NCBI RefSeq assembly: GCF_000020025.1
Contig: NC_010628.1
Location: 3,720,001 to 3,752,000 of the forward strand
DNA from: Nostoc punctiforme PCC 73102
Lineage (GTDB): Bacteria > Cyanobacteriota > Cyanobacteriia > Cyanobacteriales > Nostocaceae
Length of the DNA stretch: 32,000 nucleotides
Direction of reading: 5' to 3'
Shown piece after piece: positions 26,201 to 30,043 of the stretch (the stretch's first letter is position 1; every line of letters starts with the position of its first letter). The translations under genes were made by a program, and so were the position numbers. The notes beneath the pieces are model-generated. The model saw nothing but the letters and a program-made list of their open reading frames with translations, was not told where the DNA came from and made no database searches.

Positions 26201-29200
26201 GAGAGAAATAATTCCCAAACAACTCATTCAGCATTGAAGCGACACTCCAGCCATCGAGAATAGCATGGTGTTCAGTGAAGCTAAATTGAAACTCCTCTGG
26301 GCTGTAGCAATGAATTTGAAACCGCAACAAGGGTGATTGTTTCCAGTCAAACTTACGATTTTTTTCCGCTTCAAACCAAGCATCTATTTTCTGTTGTTGC
26401 TCATCAACAGAGAGATGACTTAAATCTTTCATTTGTAAGGGAATGGGAACTTGTCGATGAACTAACTGAAGAGGTTCACTGAAGTTGCTTAAATCAATAG
26501 AAGTCCGCAATATGGGATGACGAGCCACAAGCTGCTCTACAGCAGTCTGGAATTTCTCTAGGTTAAAATGAGCTTGAAGATGGAAACTGCTGACGTTGTG
26601 ATAAACAGCAGTATCTTCGTTAAGTTCGCTGTGGAAAAGCATCCCCATTTGTAGCATGGTTAGGGGATAGGCATCTTCTACCTCATCAGGTAGTTTCTGG
26701 CGGTCTGTTTCAGAAATCAGACTGAAAGGTTTTTCTGATTCAATAATGACTCTACTAACTTCTACAGATTGGAGTTCCTGCACCAGATTAGAAATTGTCT
26801 GATGCACAAACAATTGTTGTAGTGAGAAGCTTAAACCTTGCTTCTGGGACTGGGACTGTACCTGTATACTTCTGATGGAGTCTCCACCTAAAGCAAAGAA
26901 GTTATCATTAATGCCTACCTGTTCGAGTCCGAGAACTTGCGCCCAAATGTCAGTTAGTAGTTTTTCCGTGGGTGTACGTGGCGCAACAAAAGCTTTTTCT
27001 TCTGTTCTTGCTGTATCAGGTACAGGTAAGGCACGACGGTCTACTTTACCGTTAGATGTTAGTGGTAGGCTGTCCAAGAAGACAAAAGCCGCAGGTATCA
27101 TATACTCAGGCAGCTTTGAGTCCAGGAATTGCCGCAGGTCGTTAACAGTGAGTACTTGTGCCTGATGGATTACTAAGTAAGCAACTAAACGTTTACTTTG
27201 ACTTCGCTCAGTACAAGTATCTCCTGGGGTATCAACTCTGGCGATAACTACGCTTGCTTGCACTTGGGGATGTTGAGTGAGTGCTGCTTCTATTTCTCCC
27301 AATTCGATGCGGAAGCCACGAATCTTTACTTGGTTATCAATGCGTCCCAGATATTCTAAGTCGCCATTTTCTAAATATCTGGCTAAGTCTCCAGTTTTGT
27401 ACAGACGGGCATTGGGGTCATCACTGAAGGGATTGGCAACAAATACCTGAGATGTCAATTCTACACGGTTGAGATAACCACGAGCTAACGAAGCACCGCC
27501 GACATACATTTCTCCAGGAACACCTATCGGTAATAATTGTTTGGCTTTATCCAGGACATAAACCTGTAAGTCAGGGATGGGGCAACCAATGACACTGCCA
27601 GTATTGCTGCTCAAATCTGCGATAGTGATGGGGCGATAGGTGACATGAACGGTAGTTTCTGTGATTCCGTACATATTCACCAACTGCGGATACTTATCTC
27701 CATGTCTCTCAAACCAAGGTTTTAAGCTTTGTATTTCTAACGCTTCGCCACCAAAGATTACCCATCTTAGAGCTAAGTTTGCTGGTGTGTCGATGAGTTG
27801 TTCTGCTTGAATCAATTGGCGAAAGGCGGAGGGTGTTTGATTTAAGACTGTGACTTTTTGTTTATCTAATAATTTTAAGAAGTCTGCGGGGGAACGACTC
27901 ACCCAGTAAGGTACTACTACTAATCGCCCGCCTTTGATTAATGCTCCCCAAATTTCCCAGACTGAAAAGTCAAAGGCGAAGGAGTGAAATAGTGTCCATA
28001 CATCTTGTTGATTGAAGTAAAACCATTCTTCTGTGGCAGTAAATAGTCGCACGACATTGGCGTGATTAATTAATACGCCTTTGGGTTTTCCTGTGGAGCC
28101 TGATGTGTAAATTATGTAAGCTAGATTGGCAGAGGTGGTGACAATTTGGGGGTTTTGTACACTTTGTTGGGCAATAATTTCCCAGTCGGCATCAATACAT
28201 AAAACTTGTGCTTGATGGGCGGGGAGTTTGGATAGTAGTTGCTGTTGGGTTATTAGTACTTTGACTTGGGAATCTTCTAGGCTAAAGCTGAGTCGTTCTT
28301 GGGGATAATTGGGGTCAAGGGGTACATACGCTCCTCCGGCTTTGAGAATTCCTAAGATTCCTATTAGCATTTCTATGGAACGCTCTACGCAGATGCCGAC
28401 TAATATTTCTGCTCCCACTCCCAGATTTCTTAAGTGGTGTGCTAGTTGATTGGCTCGATTATTTAATTCTTGGTAGGTGAGTTGCTCGTCTTCATAGACA
28501 ATTGCGATCGCATCTGGGCTACACTCTACTTGCAATTCAAATAACTCATGGATACACTGCTCTTGAAAATAGGTAGTTTGCGTGTTGTTCCACTCCGACA
28601 GCAGTTGATTTTCTTCGGTTTTTGTGAGTAAAGGTAATTCGTTTAGGTGTTGATGGGGGTTAGCTGCTAAACTTTCCAGTAATATCTGGAAATGCCCCAG
28701 CATCCGGCTGATTGTAGCTGCATCAAAGCGATCGCTATCATAGCTGATGCCTACTGATAATTGTCTACCAGGAATAACTGCCAAATTTAGAGGATAATTT
28801 GTGCGTTCAATGCTCCGAACATTAGAAATATTGATGCCGTTGTTCTGTTCAGAAGCATCAATTGGATAATTTTCAAATACTACAATGCTCTCAAATAGAG
28901 GCATTCCCTTTGGTATTTCAGTCCAACTTTGAATTTCTACTAGTTGGTTATATGAGTGTTGCTCACGCTCTACTTGCTGTGCCTGTAATTCTTTGAGCCA
29001 AGGCAATACTTCTATCTCTGCTGGTACAGAAACCCGGATTGGCAAGGTATTGATAAACAATCCCACCATCGATTCTATCCCGACAATATCTGGTGGACGA
29101 CCGGAGACAGTAGCGCCAAAAATCACATCTACTTCGCCACTGTAACGTGAAAGTAAAATGGCCCATGCTCCTTGGACAAGATTATTCAGTGTTAACTGAT

Positions 29201-29969
29201 GTTGTCGTGTAAAAGCCTGGAGAGCTATTGTTGCTGGCTCTGTTAACTGAGCGTGTTGTGTAGCATAGCTTGAAGGCTGCTCTTGATTCTTGATCAGTGG
29301 TTTATCAACTATTAGAGGAGTTGTGGCAGTCAGTCCCTTGAGTTGTAGTTGCCAAAACCTTTTGGCTTGGGAAATGTCCTGTTTTTGACACCAGTCGATG
29401 TAGTCTTCATAGGGACGAGGTTTGTCTAGGTTTAAATTATTACCCTCATTAAAGGCATCATAGAAGGCAAAGATTTCTTTAATAATTGTTGGTATAGACC
29501 AGCCATCGAGTAGCAAGTGATGATGGCTCCAAACAAAATTATAGGTGTAATCTGCTACCCGAATTAGGGTGCAACGCATTAGTGGAGCTTGGTTAAGTTC
29601 AAAACCTTTGTCTCTATCCGCTTGTAAGAAATTTTCTAATTCTTCTTGCTGTTCGATAGAAGATAGCGATCGCCAGTCATAGTTAGTCCAAGGTAAATTT
29701 ACTATCTGGCGAACTACTTGCAGAGGCTTATTCCGGTTTTCCCAAAGAAACAAGGTACGCAAAACTGGATGGCGTTCTATGACTCGTTGCCAAGCTTGCT
29801 CAAACGCTGAGATATTTAGTTGTCCATTCAAAGAGCAGACTAATTGTTGAAAATATACTCCTGTCTCTGGGGCATAAAGAGTATGAAAAAGCATACCCTG
29901 CTGCATAGGAGAAAGGGGATAAATAGATTCAATGTTTTTGCTATTACTTTTTTTATCAACAACTGCCAT
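20241..29969 (-). CDS. Non-ribosomal peptide synthetase, three modules (C-A-T / C-A-T / C-A-T), 3242 aa
   Basis: This is an uninterrupted ORF with three HHxxxDG motifs, three SGSTGKPKG cores and three carrier motifs. The start is ATG at 29967-29969, with AGGAG 9 nt upstream. The stop is TAG at 20241-20243. Confidence 0.97.
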   Translation of the reverse strand: MAVVDKKSNSKNIESIYPLSPMQQGMLFHTLYAPETGVYFQQLVCSLNGQLNISAFEQAWQRVIERHPVLRTLFLWENRNKPLQVVRQIVNLPWTNYDWRSLSSIEQQEELENFLQADRDKGFELNQAPLMRCTLIRVADYTYNFVWSHHHLLLDGWSIPTIIKEIFAFYDAFNEGNNLNLDKPRPYEDYIDWCQKQDISQAKRFWQLQLKGLTATTPLIVDKPLIKNQEQPSSYATQHAQLTEPATIALQAFTRQHQLTLNNLVQGAWAILLSRYSGEVDVIFGATVSGRPPDIVGIESMVGLFINTLPIRVSVPAEIEVLPWLKELQAQQVEREQHSYNQLVEIQSWTEIPKGMPLFESIVVFENYPIDASEQNNGINISNVRSIERTNYPLNLAVIPGRQLSVGISYDSDRFDAATISRMLGHFQILLESLAANPHQHLNELPLLTKTEENQLLSEWNNTQTTYFQEQCIHELFELQVECSPDAIAIVYEDEQLTYQELNNRANQLAHHLRNLGVGAEILVGICVERSIEMLIGILGILKAGGAYVPLDPNYPQERLSFSLEDSQVKVLITQQQLLSKLPAHQAQVLCIDADWEIIAQQSVQNPQIVTTSANLAYIIYTSGSTGKPKGVLINHANVVRLFTATEEWFYFNQQDVWTLFHSFAFDFSVWEIWGALIKGGRLVVVPYWVSRSPADFLKLLDKQKVTVLNQTPSAFRQLIQAEQLIDTPANLALRWVIFGGEALEIQSLKPWFERHGDKYPQLVNMYGITETTVHVTYRPITIADLSSNTGSVIGCPIPDLQVYVLDKAKQLLPIGVPGEMYVGGASLARGYLNRVELTSQVFVANPFSDDPNARLYKTGDLARYLENGDLEYLGRIDNQVKIRGFRIELGEIEAALTQHPQVQASVVIARVDTPGDTCTERSQSKRLVAYLVIHQAQVLTVNDLRQFLDSKLPEYMIPAAFVFLDSLPLTSNGKVDRRALPVPDTARTEEKAFVAPRTPTEKLLTDIWAQVLGLEQVGINDNFFALGGDSIRSIQVQSQSQKQGLSFSLQQLFVHQTISNLVQELQSVEVSRVIIESEKPFSLISETDRQKLPDEVEDAYPLTMLQMGMLFHSELNEDTAVYHNVSSFHLQAHFNLEKFQTAVEQLVARHPILRTSIDLSNFSEPLQLVHRQVPIPLQMKDLSHLSVDEQQQKIDAWFEAEKNRKFDWKQSPLLRFQIHCYSPEEFQFSFTEHHAILDGWSVASMLNELFGNYFSLVNQKAQPLLPSPSSSFRNFVALERQALGSKEHEYYWTEKLKECTITMVPRWYSSQQKAKVRQVGTQDVPLSADLYNGLQKLAQFIGVPLKSVLLAAHVRVLSIISNQVDVLTGLVANGRPEQTDSEQVLGLFLNSLPFRLNLSGGTWVDLIRQVFDAEVELLPFRRYPLGQLQRILGGQPLFEIIFNFVHFHVYQTVIELNNNVELLGLKSVEETNFTLAVNFKLNPGSSELEVGFAYDASELCREQIKAISSYYVKTLDAMVKEPLESYELCSGLSTQEQYQLLEEWNDTQRNYLQDICIHQFFEMQVERTPDAVALVFENQQLTYRELNQQANHLAHYLRTLGVRVDVLVGLCVERSLEMLVGLLGILKAGGAYVPIDPEYPQERISHILSDSQVSLLLTQHRLVARLPEHQATLVVIDESWEQIIQHSQENPISGVKDSDLVNVIYTSGSTGKPKGVMVKHSGLCNLAQAQIDLFDLLPSSRILQFASFSFDASIWEVVMALGSGARLYLGTKESLLPGLELIELLRDYGITHITLPPSALAVLPQAELPALQNIIVAGEACAPDLIKQWSVGRRFFNAYGPTETTVCATVAECGNGERSDKPPIGRPIPNTQAYILDSYLQPVPIGVPGELHIGGAGVAQGYLNRPDLTQEKFIPNPFNNSKFKIQNSKLYKTGDLARYLPDGNIEYLGRIDHQVKIRGFRIELGEIEAILSQHPAILQVTVIAREDTPGDKCLVAYLALNQEPTPTINELRQFLGSKLPEYMIPSAFVFLETLPLTPNGKVDRRALPLPETLRELEVNFVAPRTPIEEILAPIWADVLRVEQIGVYDNFFELGGHSLLATQLVSRIRTTFKIELPLRSLFEAATIANLAEYIQQYQRNSSELLIPPLQPVARNENIPLSFAQQRLWFLNQLDPNSAAYNIPGAVSFQGQLNVAALEQSLSEIIRRHEALRTNFITQAGEAVQIIRPVSSWTMTVIDLQDLPADEREIEIQQLATVAAQQPFDLVNESLIRTTLLAISETENILLFCMHHIVSDGWSMGVFVQEVAELYTAFSQGHLSSLPELAIQYADFAVWQRQWLQGEVKESQINYWREQLAGAPALLELPTDRPRPAVQTFRGTTQSFSLSEELSQALSLLSRQEGVTLFMTLLAAFDTLLHRYTGQTDILVGSAIANRNYSEIEGLIGFFVNTLVFRTDVSGNPSFRQLLERVREVSLEAHTHQDLPFELLVEALQPERDLSHTPLFQVMFVFQNTPTSDIELPGLTLSSLTTESLTAKFDLTLAFENTDQGLVGAWEYNTDLFDTLTIARMIGHFQTLLESIVTNPEQPVSQLPLLTVNEQHQLLNEWNNTQTEYPQNQCIHELFTAQAERNPDLVAAVFGSQQITYQELNSRANQLAHYLRTLGVGTEVLVGIFVERSLEMLVGLLGILKAGGAYVPLDPDYPQERLSLMLADSQVPVLLTQQRLVEKLPEYGQPVVCLDTGWDIINRESTANLHSEVTADKLAYVIYTSGSTGKPKGVAVPHRAVNRLVFNTNYIQLDANDCIAQAANASFDAATFEIWGALLHGARLVGVTHNIALSPQEFAAYIREQEISVLFLTTALFNQLASFVPQAFNTLRYLLFGGEAVDPRWVKEVLQNGAPQHLLHVYGPTESTTFSSWFLIEDVPATATTIPIGQPISNTQIYLLDQNLQPVPIGVPGELYIGGDGLAQGYLNRLELTQEKFIANPFNNSKLYKTGDLGRYLPDGNIEYLARIDNQVKIRGFRIELGEIETALLQHPAIREVVVLAREDISDDACGGLCQRRLVAYIIFELNQTHSISDLRSFLQRQLPNYMIPAAFVFLEQFPLTPNGKIDRRSLPAPDLSAQFAASYVAPRSKIEQAIANIWQEVLQLEKVGIDDNFFDLGGHSLLMVKLTQKLQEFLNQDISLLEMFKYPTISTLAKYLSSEKTDSASDIEKKNNQITDIKAGRNRLKQRLARSSKGANNE
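20255..20259 (-). promoter_or_regulatory. Shine-Dalgarno-like GGGGG for the PKS gene, embedded in the 3' end of the upstream NRPS gene
   Basis: The minus strand reads AAAGGGGGCAAACA-ATG, with the G-run 6 nt upstream of the ATG at 20248. Confidence 0.4.
20370..20588 (-). other. Peptidyl carrier domain T3 (hands off to the PKS KS)
   Basis: FFDLGGHSLLMVKLTQKL; Ser codon at 20478-20480. A basic 40-aa C-terminal tail follows (KAGRNRLKQRLARSSK). Confidence 0.88.
20554..20561. repeat. HIP1 palindrome GCGATCGC
   Basis: Exact 8-mer read in the sequence. Confidence 0.95.
20635..22125 (-). other. Adenylation domain A3, branched-chain aliphatic code (Ile/Val/Leu)
   Basis: The hand-read code is D-A-F-F-L-G-V-T-F-K (FDAATFE, VLFLTTA, LLFGGEA, HVYGPTESTTF; Lys codon 20646-20648). 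It carries a 24-nt in-frame insertion at about 20793-20816. Confidence 0.75.
20793..20816 (-). repeat. 24-nt in-frame insertion of a different sequence family (adds ACGGLCQR)
   Basis: The coding strand reads GATGAT|GCCTGCGGTGGGCTTTGCCAACGC|CGTTTGGTAGCT. The protein reads REDISDD-ACGGLCQR-RLVAY, against RED-x-PGD-KRLVAY in uninterrupted copies. The exact edges are ambiguous by a few nt. Confidence 0.6.
22190..23500 (-). other. Condensation domain C3, LCL-type
   Basis: Contains LSFAQQRLWFLNQLDP and CMHHIVSDGWS (HH codons 23097-23102). Confidence 0.88.
22675..22682. repeat. HIP1 palindrome GCGATCGC
   Basis: Exact 8-mer read in the sequence. Confidence 0.95.
23590..23790 (-). other. Peptidyl carrier domain T2
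   Basis: FFELGGHSLLATQLVSRI; Ser codon at 23676-23678. Confidence 0.9.
23830..25300 (-). other. Adenylation domain A2, Phe-like code
   Basis: The hand-read code is D-A-W-T-I-A-A-V-C-K (FDASIWE, ITLPPS, IIVAGEA, NAYGPTETTVC; Lys codon 23844-23846). This matches 9 of 10 positions of the GrsA Phe code DAWTIAAICK. It contains the heptamer repeat at 24181-24208. Confidence 0.8.
24181..24208. repeat. Perfect tandem heptanucleotide repeat, 4 x TTTGAAT (coding strand ATTCAAA), in frame inside an A domain
   Basis: The four units are 24181-87, 24188-94, 24195-201 and 24202-08. They encode NNSKFKIQNSKLYKTGD. The paralogous position at 21005-21011 has a single unit and encodes NNSKLYKTGD. Confidence 0.95.
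25380..26672 (-). other. Condensation-family domain C2, divergent subtype (unresolved)
   Basis: Contains YPLTMLQMGMLFHSELNEDTAVYHN and FTEHHAILDGWS (HH codons 26265-26270). It has neither the LSFAQQRLWFL start of the two LCL copies nor the PLSPMQxGMLFH...YF(E/Q)Q start of the three DCL copies in this window. Confidence 0.75.
26790..26985 (-). other. Peptidyl carrier domain T1 with epimerase-partner-type core (GGDSI) but no E domain downstream
   Basis: FFALGGDSIRSIQVQSQSQKQGLSFSLQQLFVHQTI; Ser codon at 26877-26879. Confidence 0.85.
27195..27218 (-). repeat. 24-nt dispersed mini-repeat inserted in frame (adds TCTERSQS)
   Basis: The coding strand reads GAT|ACTTGTACTGAGCGAAGTCAAAGT|AAA. The paralogous Thr A domain has GAT|AAA uninterrupted at 8040/8041. 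The arms ACTTGTACT and AGTCAAAGT can pair imperfectly. Confidence 0.8.
28504..28511. repeat. HIP1 palindrome GCGATCGC
   Basis: Exact 8-mer, at the same paralogous position (PDAIAIVYE) as 9316-9323. Confidence 0.95.
28728..28735. repeat. HIP1 palindrome GCGATCGC
   Basis: Exact 8-mer read in the sequence. Confidence 0.95.
29666..29673. repeat. HIP1 palindrome GCGATCGC
   Basis: Exact 8-mer read in the sequence. Confidence 0.95.
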
Positions 29970-29978
29970 TTCAATGGA

Positions 29979-29983
29979 CTCCT
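29979..29983 (-). promoter_or_regulatory. Shine-Dalgarno sequence (AGGAG) of the 3242-aa NRPS gene
   Basis: The minus strand reads GTAGGAGTCCATTGAA-ATG, with AGGAG 9 nt upstream of the ATG at 29969. Confidence 0.65.
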
Positions 29984-30043
29984 ACTTTTTTTTTGAACAA
30001 AACTCAATACACCGTTATTTTTTTTACCAGTCCCTTATTTTGT

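Larger units (their letters stand above)
27035..28555 (-). other. Adenylation domain A1, Thr-specific code (paralog of 7870-9365)
   Basis: The hand-read code D-F-W-N-I-G-M-V-H-K is identical to the other Thr domain. The Lys codon is at 27045-27047. It carries a 24-nt in-frame insertion at 27195-27218. Confidence 0.88.
28630..29921 (-). other. Condensation domain C1, DCL-type
   Basis: Contains YPLSPMQQGMLFHT...YFQQ and SHHHLLLDGWS (HHH codons 29517-29525, residues 149-151). It follows the E domain of the upstream protein. Confidence 0.88.

Noticed and set aside
29948-29954. Homopolymer runs inside coding DNA, considered as slippage sites: T7 at 29948-29954, T8 at 20326-20333 and T7 at 11881-11887.
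   Set aside because: Runs of 7-8 A/T encoding Lys/Asn are expected in AT-rich genomes. Nothing distinguishes these from background, unlike the perfect heptamer array.
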